This document shows, one piece after another, positions 12,823 through 27,537 of a DNA stretch of 64,000 nucleotides. Location: contig NC_043011.1 of NCBI RefSeq assembly GCF_006345805.1, positions 19,728,464 through 19,792,463 of the forward strand. Reading direction: 5' to 3'. The notes under the pieces are model-generated. The model saw only the letters and a list, made by a program, of their open reading frames with translations. It did not search any database and was not told where the DNA came from. Made by a program: the position numbers and the translations under genes. Source of the stretch: Octopus sinensis. Its lineage: Eukaryota. Positions within the stretch are counted from its first letter, which is position 1; each line of letters opens with the position of its first letter.

Positions 12823-13912
12823 CCATTACCCCGGACCGCTGTATTTGTGCCAAAATGTGAAGCAAATATAATCTAATTAAGAAATTTACCATAGTGCACA
12901 CCATGCTCGATAAAAAAGAGAAGAGACTTGATGACATCCTACATACGGTATTATACTTGAACGAATATACTTGTGCTGCTAGAAAAAAGAGCAGAAATCT
13001 CATAAAGACTATTTTATCTTTTTAAATGCACTAAGACATATTCGAAAATTCATTCAAAATCTTGCAGTTCAGAGTGTAAAATGATCACAAATTAATGTGT
13101 TTGAACGTAGGAAACTTCTGTCCCAGCTAACCAGCAGATAAATAACAACAGGAGCAACATTTATAATATTTCACTTCATTTATTCTGCGAATATACTCGA
13201 AGACCTGACAACATTCCCAATACCATTTTATCCTTGATCAATATTATCTCAGAAGAATGCAACTGAATATCAAAGACATACCTTGTATTTCTATTTTAGA
13301 CGTGACTTTCAAATGTACTTCAAGGAGATGAGGATATAAAAGAAAGTGAAATATATAACAACTACTAAATGAAACCGCATCGTGATATCGGTTTCTGGTT
13401 AGTTTGATTGTATGTGGCTCGCCAAAAGTTTGGTTAAATATGAAAAGTAATATAATTGTTTTTCCCAAACTAATAACATACTAGCAACTTATGGATTGCA
13501 GAAAGAGAATATTTCGGTAATTTCTATAAAATATTTTCTTCTATATATCGTACATGTTATTGGAAGGGTTTCTGTTCTTTAATGTCATTAATTTGCGATA
13601 TTTCTACACCATTATTACTTCAGTCAGACGTTATTTAATTTATGACGCTTAACAACATTTTTTTTCTTTTTGTTGTTATTGTCCATAGATATATCTTACT
13701 TTATACGATATCAGTAATGGTTGAGTTTTATTGCCCTGCGAGTAGACATACTTTTATCTATTTATTATTTCTTTTGTGCAGAATTATTTAATGTTGATCG
13801 TCTTGTCCAGAAGTGTGCAAAATGACCGAGTCGATCACAACGGTAAAAGAAGCAATGAGGTCGGAAAGTCGTATCCTGTCTAGGCAATTAACTTTGAAAT
13901 TACCCACTCTAC

Positions 13913-13978
13913 TTAGTTCTAAATAGTTACTGCAGATAATTAGTTCTAAATAGATACTGCATATAATTAGTTTTAAAC
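13913..13978. repeat. 27-bp tandem repeat, about 2.4 copies
   Basis: TTAGTTCTAAATAGTTACTGCAGATAA followed by TTAGTTCTAAATAGATACTGCATATAA and TTAGTTTTAAA. Confidence 0.8.
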
Positions 13979-14554
13979 AAATACAGCACCAGAATAATTT
14001 TTCTTGCATTTGTGATTAAACTGAAATCATACATGAGTATGTTTCCATCCTTGACCATCCACAATTTTTTCACATCTGTAACGTCTGTTGGACTACATTA
14101 AGCAATACGCCATTCCATCGGTACAAGTGAACCGCATTTCGAATGATCTTTTATATATTAGTATTAACAGAACATTAGTTTTACTAGTTCAAGTAGGCTG
14201 TTATTTATAGAAGGACCATGTAGTTTTTTCTTAGTTGATGCGGCAATAAGAAGTACTCAAGCACTGAGAACACAATGAGATGTGAAAGTGCACTAATATC
14301 GATTAGTATGTTGCTAGTTTCAAATATCCTTCTCAGTACATAAAAAGTTTTGGGGAAGCGTGAGTTCTGCAAATTTGAGAACATGAGAACAACGCTTCCA
14401 ATGTTACTTCTTATAATACAGAAACAAATACACGCATTATAACTAAAATATCCTTGACATAAAAAGACGTGGATTGTAACAATACTTATTGTAGTATGAT
14501 AATATATTCTAATCATAATATTTCACGTTGATATTAGTTACCAATAGGAGCTTA

Positions 14555-15780
14555 CGAAGGTGGGCTGAATAGTTTATAGGTTACTTATAAAGGAATGATA
14601 CTAGAGCTGTGAAATTTTGCATGCACTGATTTCAAACCTTCTTATTAATAACTACATTGTTTCCCATCACGTAAACTGATAACTGATTTCCAAAGACTTC
14701 AAAACGAACTAGTAACGATTTTTCTTGGAAATCGACAAAATTTGACACCATTGTGTTATGTACATGTAGACAATTGTTTAACCCGTAAGATGACTCATGC
14801 TGACATGATTGCTACATTAGGGAATGACGATCCTGTTTTACCAACTGTACAGAAGTGAAAAATTGAATTTAGGACGAGAAGGGAGACCCTTGAAGAAGAC
14901 CCAGTTTCTGGACGTCCTGCGACTACCACAACTCTAGTCAACATAGATCGTGTTCACCATGTGGTAATGGATGACCGGTGATTGAAAATAAATCAAATAA
15001 CCAATGCTATTAGTATGTGTCAGGAGAGTTGAGAATATTTCGCACAATGTAATTAGCATGACGATGGTTCAAAATCGCACCAGGTTGATTACATCACTGC
15101 AAAATCTGACATTGTTTGAAAAGGATCACAATGAACACACGTTGATACTTGAACGTTTCCTTAGGCTGGATAAGTGTTGGGTTCATCATTTTGAACCGGA
15201 GACAAGGAGACAGTCGATACAGGTGAAACGCCCCACCTCCGCTGCTCCAAAGAAGTTTCATCTACAGAAAGGTGACAGCCTCAGTGTTTTGGGATGCACA
15301 AGGCAGTGTATCCATTGGCAATGTTCAAAAGGACCGTCAATGGATAGTGCTATACCAAATTGCAGGTACGAATTTACGAAAGCCTATCAAGACCAAACGC
15401 CCAGGTAAACTGACGAAATGAGTCTTGCTTCTTCAAGGCAATACTCCAGCATAGCAGTCCTTGGTTTCAATGGTTATTGAGTTTCAATGTGACTTTGAAC
15501 CAGTTGATAACCCGACCCGTACTCTCCTGATTACCCCAACTGAATAAAACACTTAGCTGAGAACCAGTAAGTCAGTGATGATGACGTTATATCAGCTGTT
15601 GACGACCTTTTTTACCAAAGGATGTCAGCTCCGTTTCTCCACCAATGGGGTCCATCCACTGCAACACGGGTGGAAGAATACTTTGTACCGCAAGTAGTAC
15701 TATGTTGAATAATATACACCATTTGGTCATATTCCATGAGGTTATCTTCGTCAGCCTAAGAACTTATCAGTCGCCCTACC
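14555..15780 (+). mobile_element. Near full-length decayed mariner transposon, about 1.23 kb
   Basis: TA on both sides, degenerate TIRs (about 18/29 matches), transposase motifs WVHHFEPETRRQS and a PYSPD-like relic near 15515. Many stops and frameshifts. Confidence 0.85.
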
Positions 15781-16689
15781 TATGTATCATGGATTCTTCA
15801 ATGCCAGTTTTAATTAATAACGTTCTTAATTTAATAACGACATTATTTTCGAGTGAGATTACTGAACAAGTTATTGTAGGTGTTGACAGCTCATAAATTT
15901 TAAATGGGATATATTGCAGGTGCTTTCTTACAAATTCAGGGAACGAAGCATGTTTCTACGTGATTCATACACGAATGTGATGAAAATATGCATCCAAACC
16001 CATATGAATTCATATTACTCGCTTACTAACTCCACAGTATCTTCATAGTATAACACCAGAGTTTGGGATGGTTCTTACAATCGCTATAATGCAATTCTTA
16101 TTTCGCTCTATTGATGTCTTTTTTTTATTTCCGAATGTTGATGCAAGCCACTGCAGCGTTTTTTAATACAAACCCGAGATGACTTTTAACAATATCATTT
16201 ACAGACTCTTCTGGTAGATAAACGAATCTGGTTATTACAAATTATAGTGAACATTACAGATGGTGCAGATGATTAGGCGTCTATCATTTGCACATGAAGA
16301 AACTAGGGTACAGAAATACTACAAAGCACATTACTGATCGCGCGTTCGTTGCTGAAACTTTTCCTGCTGGTAAGCTTCTCCGCAATATCTCTGCTCCTAA
16401 AGCTTGTTGATAGAGAATATATTTTGAATTACTGACTGGTCCGAAAATTGATAATAAACGGCATGCCTTTTGATTACGTAGAGGCCCGTTTGAAATGCGA
16501 AGACGAAGGAAATCACATTCTTGCATCCACTGGCTTTTCCAAAGCATAACGCTCTGTACATATCTGATGATGGCAGGTAGTCTGACCATTAGACGCCTCT
16601 TGAACGAATCAAACTGAGTAAATATTTCACATTAATACGATGTGAATTATTCACTGTAACATAACGTCTCAGTAACAGTTAGGAACTTG

Positions 16690-16880
16690 AAAGATGGCAA
16701 GAAGAATCGATACGGCACCGGGGAAAACGTTTAGCGACATCTCTTGCAACTTCACATTCTGATTTCAAATGCCTCCAGCATCAACTTTGCCTTTCATTCT
16801 TTCATTTGAACATTGGTGTCGATGTAATCGACTTATACACCTCCATCGAAATTACTGGTCTTGTGTCAATATTGAATGCC
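16690..16880 (+). mobile_element. Highly degenerate SINE family B
   Basis: ATTCTGATTTCAAATGCC...CAACTTTGCCTTTCATTCTTTC...GGTGTCGATGTAATCGACTT. Confidence 0.6.
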
Positions 16881-18439
16881 AATATTAGGAACTTAAATGC
16901 TACATGTGTGCTCTGGACATTACATGTTCCAGAGCAAAGAATAAAGAATTTACTAATTAACTAAAGTTCAAAAGATGTTTAACTCTGAAAACAAAAACTC
17001 CTTTTTGTTTGTCAGACTCTTTTGTGTTTTGTTTTAACTCCACTTTTCTTCTGAAATTTCTGTTTCAAATCCCATTTGCAACAGATTTGTTGATCGACTA
17101 CTTCGAAATAAATCAGTTTACAAATAAGCCTTTTACTTTGTTAGTGTTTGTGTCTTTACGAAAAAATTTAGCCAGCATGCTATGAATCTCCAGCATATAT
17201 AAAAAATGAAATTTGGACCACAGAATATTTCTCAGTTCATAATGTCTATGTGTTATTTCGATTTCACGACAGAAATATTTCATAATTTTGAATCAAGTAA
17301 TAAATTACTTTAAAATCTACACCACAGTTGAAAATTGATATTAAATTCGGTTTGCATTTCATGAAAAAGTTTTACTTTTGTTTGTATTTGAACTTTTTCA
17401 ACTCCATTTTTGTATTCAAACATTGTATGAAAACAATGTTCTTTAGAAAGATTTATAATGATCAGAGATCATATTTAGTTATTGACCATGAATTATTTTG
17501 TTGACACTACAAAAACACTTTCTACTTCATTAATATAAGACTATAAACATAACACAATTTTTAGTCAATATATCGGAGTAAAAGCATCGACGTAGCAGAA
17601 GAGCAGACGTGCAATTAATTACATTGCAGTAACTGCGTAGTCTTTGTAATCTTTACATAAGTGATAATCAATGAATGGAATTTTATCCATCCGTATATGA
17701 AGTGTTAAAGACCTAAACTATAGAGCAACAAATAAATATTTTTCTAGTGAAACGTAAATCAGTTTTCAGTGACACAGCTACATCCGACAAGTAATGTATC
17801 AATTGCTAGCAACAATGCAATCGTTAATTAAGAGTAACTAATAACGATACAAAAGCCAACACAGTACGTTGCATTTATAATTGTCGTTTCAAGTGATTTC
17901 CACACTCAAAAGCAATAAATCTTTGATAAATATCCTGACACTGTAATCCAGCTGGGTGTAATCGGTTGTTTGTCAACCTACAGACATTTCTTATCTACGT
18001 TCGTCCACTATAATGTATATGAACAATATCCTGAATATTGCCATAATTTAATATTGGCATAATCAATGAAATTACAGATAAATCACGCGACGACTCGCAA
18101 TTCATCCGCGTAAATAATAAGTGTATTGTGAAACTTAGTTTTGTTTTTTATACGTTGCGATGTACCAGGAAAATGTATTGAGGTGAGAGATCTGATGTTT
18201 AAAGAAAGTCACCAAAATGTTTGTTATAATTTATTAATTGTTTACCAGAAAACAGGCAAGATAAAACCAAGAAAAACTGCCAGAAATATATATATATATC
18301 AACTATTCGGCATTTAACAAAAGAAGTTTAGTGTTTGTTTGTACAAAACACCAGGTTTTAAGGCAAATGCATATTCAAAAATGTTCAAACGTTTATTATC
18401 CCACCAAACGTAATGTAGGGAGTTAATATATCGGCGCGT

Positions 18440-18829
18440 TTAGTGGAAGCACTCCGTCGTTAACGACGATGATGGTTCCGGTTGATTCGAATCAACGGAA
18501 CAGCCTGCTCGTGAAATTAACGTGTAAGTGGCTGAGCACTCCGCAGACACGTGCACCCTTAACGTAGTTCTCGGGGATATTCAGCGTGACACAGAGAGTA
18601 ACAAGGCCGGCCCCTTGAAATACAGGTACAACAGAAACAGGAAGTAAGAGCGAGAGAAAGTTGTGGTGAAAGAGTACAACAGGGATCACCACCATCCCCT
18701 GCCGGAGCCTCGTGGAGCTTTAAGATGTTTTCGCTCAATAAACACTCACAACGCCCGGTCTGGGAATCGAAACAGCGATCCTATGGCCGCGAGTCCGCTG
18801 CCCTAAACACTGGGCCATTGCGCCTCCAC
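18440..18829 (-). mobile_element. tRNA-derived SINE (family C), full length
   Basis: Minus strand GTGGAGGCGCAATGGCCCAGTGTTTAGGGCAGCGGACTCGCGG...GTTTCGATTCCCAGACCGGG is a tRNA-like head followed by about 300 bp of non-tRNA body. Confidence 0.85.
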
Positions 18830-19126
18830 TAAGTCGGCGCTACACCTTCTACAAATAACAGGTTGTCCTATAATTGACAAGCTGTATGCTATATATAAAA
18901 TACAGAAAAAAAACATGAATTTATATAATCCTATATATATATTCAGCTCTAGAAGAATGGAATACTCACGCCAAAATTTTTACAAAATAATTTTCAGCAG
19001 GGATATACATCACCTAAAAATTTTTTTAAAAAATCATTAACAGATTCATTGAGGCGTTCAATATTGCCAGGTTCACAAATTAAATCTGTTCTCTCTTTTA
19101 ATATATAAATCTTTTTGTTAATTATA

Positions 19127-19666
19127 CAGGGTCAGGCAAAATGATCTGACATATTTGTAGGTTAAATAAAAGGCAAATGAAGTAAAGAAACAAAAAAGTG
19201 TTTTTATTTTTGAAAAGTACATATAATGCCATTTTATTTCATTATGTTTTAAAAATTAAATCAGTCAAATGGGATCCATTATTGTCCACACACTGTCGAA
19301 GGCGTTCACGAAAGTTGTCAATAACTCGGCGAGTCATTTAATGTGGAATGGCAGTAATTTTTTGACGAATTGCATCTTTAAGTTGTTCAATAGATCCAGG
19401 GCGATTAATGTATACCTTTGACTTGAGGTATCTCAGAGAAAAAAAATCGCATGAAATGACCCGCCGAGTTATTGACACCTTTCGTGAACGCCTTCGACAG
19501 TGTGTGGACAATAATGGATCCCATTTGACTGATTTAATTTTTAAAACATAATGAAACAAATTGGCATTATATGTACTTTTCAAAAATAAAAACATTTTTT
19601 TGTTTCTTTACTTCATTTGCCTTTTATTTAACCTACAAATGTGTCAGATCATTTTGCCTGACCCTG
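19127..19666. mobile_element. Tc1/mariner-derived fold-back MITE, 540 bp, with 213-bp TIRs
   Basis: Arms 19127-19339 and 19454-19666 are near-perfect reverse complements starting CAGGGTCAGGCAAAATGATCTGACA, with TA on both sides. The minus strand encodes a transposase C-terminus (YLKSKVYINRPGSIEQLKDAIRQKITAIPH...FRERLRQCVDNNGSHL). Confidence 0.93.
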
Positions 19667-19984
19667 TATATGTATATCAGTCTTACATAGTACATTACCT
19701 ATTTTAGATATTAAAACTGCATATATTAGGTTTGGAACTATTACTGATAATGAGACCGATCTTATTACAAATACATCTGTGGAGGGAACGATGCTCGATT
19801 AGATTTAATACTTTGAAACTATTAGATTTCATACTTAGTACACGATTAAAGAAAACAAGCACACACACAAATAAGCAAAGCTATGGAACCATACACGCAC
19901 ACATAGATACATGTGTGTGTTGAACTTGCATGTAAATATATATATATATATAAACATACATACATTCATATATATATATTCTTT

Positions 19985-20240
<256 letters not shown>

Positions 20241-20905
20241 AAGAGATAATTAAATCTTTCAATATCTAAAATTTGAAATAAGCTGATCAGGTCGGATCTC
20301 TTTCAATTAATGCATTTTCAACTGCGTTGTAGACTCATAATTAACCTCCTTTATTTACACAACTTTCCTGAAGACATAATAAATGTAGTTAATTAAGTCT
20401 AGCGAAACAGTTTCCAAAATTGTCTGACGTTTCACCGAGAAAGGATGCTTTATTTAAATACTGCTCCACATACTTACTCTCTGTCTGTCTTTCACAGTCT
20501 GACGCAATGTTCCTCTCTGATGATTCTCTTGCATTCTAAATATATATTTATGTCTCTAATTCATTCTCTCAATATCTTTCATTCTGTCTGTCTGTCTTTC
20601 TCTCTCTATCTCTCTCTCTCTCTCTCGTTCTCGCTCCCCTTCTTTCTCTCTGCCACTTTTCTCTATCCCAATTGCTCGCTCTTTACAACTGTATACGTAT
20701 CTGTATCCTTCCCTCATTAAAATAGTTTCAGAAGTTCTATGCATTCAAAACTAAGCAAGCACTTAAATAACGTATTGCATATTATTCCACTGATTAAGTC
20801 TGTCATTCTGGAATTATATTCAATTCCCAGTCTTATTTTTTACTGTTAATGAATATTATATAACTATACACAGCAAATATATATATGTATATATATATAT
20901 ATACA

Positions 20906-20936
<31 letters not shown>

Positions 20937-20941
20937 GTATG

Positions 20942-21000
<59 letters not shown>

Positions 21001-21814
21001 ATATGTGTGTGTGTGTGTGTTCTACATAACATTGGATTATATATGTGCATCTGTGACAATATATATGTACTGGTATACATATTTTCTAAGATTTATGCTG
21101 AATAAGGACACTCTGAAGATTAACTAATCAAGATGAGAATATAAAATTAATACTCATAAAATCATAAAATAATTATATATATATGCATATACATATATGG
21201 GCTTATATATTTATCGGTTGGTATGTATATGTTTGTACGTATATCTGTGACACTTGAAAGTTTTATGCCGAATATGGATATACGTGTTTGTATGTTCACT
21301 CACGTAAAAATATTTCAGTGTGTTTGTGTGTTTGTTTGTGTCTGGCTGTGTGTCAGTGTCTGTCTGTGCTTGCGTCTGTGCCTGTGTGTATCTGCGTAAA
21401 TGTAATATCCAAGGATATGAGGTGTAGGAAGAAAGTTAGCTTCAAGCAATCCGTAGTGAATATAAATAAACAACTTTCAGGGAGAATAGTGGTTTATTGA
21501 GACGGAAAGTTGTGGACGTTTTTCGTACAGTAGTACGATAAACTCTCTTTTTTTTTTTATTTTATGGTAGGCAGCCAGGTTTGCGGTATGCGAATAAAAA
21601 TACAAGAGTTAAGGAATTGATTCGATAAAATCCAGGCTACACATATTTTATAGCGAATGGAACTTCGGGAGTTGTAAATATCCAGGAGAGGTGTATACCG
21701 CAGGTTACTCTTAAGGCTTGTGACCATTTTCCGGAAATCTTACTTCACACATCTGTGACCTCTTCCGTAACACGTTGCGTTTTCGTGTGTGCTCTTACTC
21801 TAATTACTCAGTTC

Positions 21815-21975
<161 letters not shown>

Positions 21976-22202
21976 GTAGCGTTGATTAAAAATATATTCA
22001 TCACCCACAGACTAATAATACGTACGTTATATAGATTTTTTCAAGTAGTTTTTTGTGTATTTTATAGTAGGCTTTTTAAATGCTTATATTATTTTATTGG
22101 ATATAACTTTCTATGTGAATTCCATAAAACAAGTTAGCTCGAAATAGTAGTTGCAGTTCTAGTGATAAAATCCCAAATTTGCAATATTATATATATATAT
22201 AT

Positions 22203-22234
<32 letters not shown>

Positions 22235-22611
22235 ATATATATATGTAAATATATATATATACGCGTGTGTTTGTATTTGTTAGGGTGTCTGAATAAGTGT
22301 GTATGCCTATCTCTTTATATGTATGTATATTCTTATGCATTCCTGTATGAAGGTACGTAATTTTGAAAGCGAATGTCGCTTGAGCTTGTCAGTTGCAATC
22401 CGTGACTTACATGATGCATTATTTCACTGCGTGCATACTGTTTAGTGCATTGAGCAGTTGTTGAAACTATTTTAATGATGCATTCGCACAGATGGAATGC
22501 ACGCAGGAAAAGAGTTATATATATATATATATATATAGGTATGCGTAAGCATGTGTGTATACACACACACACACACACACACACTTACATATATATATAT
22601 GTATGTATATA

Positions 22612-22651
<40 letters not shown>

Positions 22652-23779
22652 TATATATACATATATATGAATCTACAAACATACATATGCACACACATTT
22701 AGCCATACATATGCATGTACGTATGCATATATATATGAGCGTGTTTCAGAGAAGGAGACATAGAGGGAGAGAGAGAGAGAAAAACGATAGCATTTGTAAG
22801 TCTTATACTGAGTATAGACATACGTACTTGAAGATCATCTCTTGAATTCATGGCAATTAAGGATATCCAGGTATCATCAATAACTTCTATTCCTCTGTAC
22901 GTTCATCTATTTCTACATCTCTAAATGCGTGAATTATCTTCGTCCATACTTTTATAAATGCATTCGCTTATACACGTCTAGAAACGTATTTCTAATTGCT
23001 TTGAATTGATGTGTGTGTTCGCATTTGTGCATATGTGTGAATGTGTTTTCGTCTCTGTGTGTGCATGTTTCTGTGTACGTTTGTGTGTATGTATGTGTGG
23101 ATTCATGATAACCTGGATCACGAGCATATATGTAGTTATATTACAGTTAGTAACACTTAGCTGTAAATGCAAAAGAATTCCATTACCTCTTATTCTCTTC
23201 ACAGACTGGAAAGTGAGATTTTCCTGGACATGTTCTTTGTCTGATTGGCCACTTTTTAGAGTACCACCATTTCATGTCGTTATAATGTAACAAATGGCGT
23301 TTAAATTATCACGGTTTAATCCTTAGCTCAAGTTTTTTCATTAATTTGCATATCGCCCGATTGTCGGCTGATAGAGTACAATTTGTGAGATAGCTGCCGT
23401 GGGAAGTGAACACATGAACATATTTTGTCACTTATTCCTCAAACGGAAACGTTATGAGATTTAAGACAAATGTCTCGTTGCCATTTTTCCTAACTGTTTA
23501 AAAGACATTTCCTTTCTAACTAGGAAGATAATTTCATAGGAAAAACTATGTTTTATGAGATACAAAGTAATATTCGCTGAATAGTTTTACTAACATACAT
23601 ATGGCGTATATGAATCAGTCACAGGATTCATCACAATCTAGGTTTATCAACATGTAGGACCCTAGGACTTCATCGGTCCTTAGTATCAAGCTTACAGTAA
23701 GTTAAAACAACTCTTAGTTCCTAGAGAGAAGAGAAACACTCCTCAGGAGCAACAACAGGCGCAATAATAAAGATCAACC

Positions 23780-25400
23780 AATTAAAATAAATACTCCCAT
23801 ATACAACATCCACCTCCAACAACAATGAAAAGGTTGGAGCTGGAAAAGCTTCATCTGCTGACCAACATGAAAACCTGCATTCAAAATCAAAGAGCTGCAG
23901 AAGAACAGTGGGTGATCAAAGAAATCAGACAGAACCCAAAAGGGTTCTATTCATATGCAAATAAGCATCGGACCGCTTTCTCACCCGTTATTCCATTGAT
24001 CGAGGATAACAGCATTCTCCAACATGATGCTCAAAAATGACAGACGTAGCGCAGAAACAATACTGCTCTGTCTTTAGGGATCCTACTGATGTGAAGTCGA
24101 TTCCCAACGTAAGTTTACTGCCCCAGACAACATAGAAGAAATAAATGAGAACAAACACTGTTCTGCCCTTGGCCCTGATAATTTCCCCGCTAGCCTCCTG
24201 AAGGAATGTAGACACCAACTTGCAGTCCCTCTAACCAACGGCTGGAGGAATTCTTTAGACTCAGGTTATATACCAAAACAGCTCTTATCCCAATCTGTAT
24301 TCCCGGTTTTCAAACAGGGAAACAGATCCTTCGCAGTCAGCTATCGCTCAATCTCACTCACCTCACATATCATCGAAGTGTTTGAAATGGTGGTGAGAGC
24401 AAGGATAGCTGGCTTCCTAGAGACCCACAATCTCATGAATTCAAACGAGCATGGTTTTCGTTGCGGCACGGACTGTCCAACACAGCTCTTACGTCAAATC
24501 GATGAAGATCCTTAAAGCCTTAGAATCAGTTTTGATCTCTAGTGTCATATATTTTGACTTCAATAAAGCGTTAGACAGAGTCCACTGAATTGAGTATTTC
24601 CTGGAGAACAAAAACATCCAAGTTCACCAGTAGTGTCTCTCGGAAGACTCTTTTTGGCCCGTTCCTCTTTATAGTCTGTATAATTGACCTTTCCAGCGGC
24701 ATAAAACACAGCAAGACGAAAATATTCGTTGATGACTCTAAGCTCCAGAAAATTATCAATAAATACCGAACTGAACACCAGTCTGATCTACATGCTGTGA
24801 GCCAATGGACAAACAGAAACAAAATGCAACTAAACAAGGGAAAATTTGAGCTGATGCATTTTGGAAGAAATGCATCACTATACTCTCTTCCTTCAGGGGA
24901 ACCACTCACAGCATCTAATTATATCAGAAACCTAGGAGTAATTGTTGATAACAATCTCCATTGGAGTGCCCACATCAACAATAAGGTCGATATAGCTCCT
25001 AGGATGAGCTCCTGAACCCGAAGAACCTTCCGGTTCAGACAATAAGGTGTCATCATTCCATTTTTCTCCTCCTTTGTTCGGCCACAATTCGAATACTGCT
25101 GGCCACTGTCGTCTCTCCATACAAAACAAGACATTTCAAAAATTGAATCACACCAGAGGTCATTCACTAAAAGAATTAAGGTCATAACTGATTTCAATTA
25201 TTGGGATTATCTTAAAGCATTGAAACTCTGTTCTTTCTAGCGCCGCTGTGGACAATACATCATTTGCAGGATGTGGAGAATATACCACGACCATTGCCCA
25301 ACTTCATCCAAGTCTAGGACCACGGGCAATACGTTCCTTACCCAATTCAAGATCACAACACATAAACACACTGCAACACATTTCTTTTCGTCATCAGGAC
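23780..25400 (+). mobile_element. Decayed CR1/L2-group LINE reverse transcriptase region
   Basis: KEIRQNPKGFYSY, GPDNFPASLLKEC, YRSISLTSHIIEVFE, HGFR, DFNKALDRV, LFGPFLF, IFVDDSK (24722, the YADD box), RNLGVIVDNNLHWSAHI, FVRPQFEYCW, with frameshifts. Confidence 0.9.
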
Positions 25401-25534
25401 CTGACCTTACCTCATTTATCTTGCTTACCTTACCTCATTTATCGCATTCTGTTTCTTTATTTCCTTATCTCATTTTCATTATTCTTGTCTTTCTTTATCG
25501 CTTTATCGCTACTTTTACTTTTCTATCCATCTAT

Positions 25535-25582
25535 ATGTGCTCCGGCATGGCCGCAGTCAAATGACTGAAGCAAATAAAAGAA
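25535..25582 (+). mobile_element. Orphan SINE family A tail
   Basis: GTGCTCCGGCATGGCCGCAGTCAAATGACTGAAGCAAATAAAAGA. Confidence 0.8.
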
Positions 25583-25589
25583 TACAGAA

Positions 25590-25764
25590 ACACACACACA
25601 TCTCCCTCTTTCTCTCTCTCTCTCTCTCTCTCTCTATAAATATATATATACATATATATATATATATATTCATATATATGTATACATATTTATATAAATA
25701 TATTTGTATATATATATATATTAATGTATCTATATAAATATATACATTTACGTATATATCTATT

Positions 25765-25818
<54 letters not shown>

Positions 25819-26010
25819 GCATACATACTCACATATGCGAATATATCTATTCTTATGTATGTTGTGTATATAAATATACATATATTTATACATATATATA
25901 TATATGTACATATATGTATGTTATATATATGTATAAGTATGAATATTTACATATATATGTATATACATATATTTGTGCGTGTGTATATATGTACACACAC
26001 AAACACACAG

Positions 26011-26050
<40 letters not shown>
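25590..26050. repeat. Extended (CT)n/(TA)n/(TG)n low-complexity tract
   Basis: Directly visible. Confidence 0.9.
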
Positions 26051-26051
<1 letters not shown>

Positions 26052-26678
26052 TATTTATTTTAAAGATACCTTCTCCATTAGTCACACAGCTACTTAAGCT
26101 ATAGGTAAATAAGACGTATCCTTTCGCCCCCACTTATGCGTTTCCTAATGGTCCTGTCTTCAAATACAAATCGTATTATACACCGACTTATTCCTATCTT
26201 TTATCACATCAGAAATACTTAAAATTAATATTTCTGCTTCCTTGTCATATATATCTACTTTACCTTAGGTCAACGAACGTCTTATTTTACTTAGCTGCTT
26301 CCTTTTAAAGCGTTATTCTTTCAAATGAAATATCTATAATTCCATGAGAGACTTATCGGCCAGTCATATATCTTTGCTCTATTCACTTTATGCTCTTTAT
26401 TTATCATAGTTACCTTCACGGTCACATCTGTATATATTTGTCTCTCAGAGTTACTTGAATCGTAAGCATAGAATGTTTTTCTTCTTAAGTGTACGAGGCT
26501 TTCAGATAAATATTTATCTATTCTTATATATTTAGGTAGAATTCAAACAGTTCATGTCACCTACAGCTTCAATGTATGCATAATACGTTTTAACAATTCA
26601 CACACATTTTGAATACGTTTTACGTGCATATTACAGAAAGGCATATATATATATATACATACACACACACACGCACAC

Positions 26679-26712
<34 letters not shown>

Positions 26713-26779
26713 TTATGTGTGTTCCCCTCTGTCAGTCTTCCTATAGCTCAGTATTCAATATCAAGAACAAACACAAAAC

Positions 26780-26980
26780 TTATTCCTTATATTGGATTCA
26801 AATTTTGGTACAATGCTAGCACATTCAGGGGAGAGGTGAATCGATTGAAAACGACCCCAGTGCTTAGCTGGTACTTCTTTTACCCACCCTGAAATGATGA
26901 AAGGACGAAAGACAATGTCAACATCGGTGGAATTTGAAATAAAAACGAAAAAAAAAAACAGTCGAAATGCAGCTAAAAAT
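26780..26980 (-). mobile_element. Degenerate SINE family B
   Basis: CGACCCCAGTGCTTAGCTGGTACTT...GATGAAAGG...GGTGGAATTTGAA matches the family-B body. Confidence 0.65.
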
Positions 26981-27103
26981 GTAATCCGAAAGACAACGGA
27001 AGTGCTCCCAAGTCTCTAGCAGTCCTCCTGGCCCTTTTCTAACGTATACAAAATCACATTTAAAAAATAAATGAAGGGTCTAAGGAAGACATTTTTATAT
27101 ACA

Positions 27104-27320
27104 CTTACTCTTACTCTTTACTCTTTACTTGTTTCAGTCATTTGACTGCGGCCATGCTGGAGCACCGCCTTTAGTCGAGCAAATAAACCCCGGGACTTAT
27201 TCTTTGTAAGCCCAGTACTAATTCTATCGGTCTCTTTTGTCGAACCGCTAAGTGACGGGGACGTAAACACACCAGCATCGGTTGTCAAGCAATGCTAGGG
27301 GAACAAACACAGCCACTCAA

Positions 27321-27363
<43 letters not shown>

Positions 27364-27537
27364 GATAGATATATACGACAGACTTCTTTCAGTTTCCGTC
27401 TACCAAATCCACTCACCAGGCATTGGTCGACCCGGGGCTATAGCAGAAGACACTTGCCCAAGATGCCACGCAGTGGGAATGAACCCGGAACCATGTGGTT
27501 GGTTAGCAAGCTACTTACCACACAGCCACTCCTGCAC
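27104..27537 (-). mobile_element. Full-length SINE family A
   Basis: Head, internal (TA)/(CA) tract and CTCTTTTA tail repeats; collinear with 34908-35304 and 59517-59935. Confidence 0.93.

Noticed and set aside
15004-15408. 134-aa ORF as a functional transposase
   Set aside because: Only part is in the mariner frame and the element has many stops and frameshifts.
18740-18829. tRNA gene
   Set aside because: It is a tRNA-like SINE head continuing into a repeat body. The same applies to 34908, 46021, 59517 and 60458.
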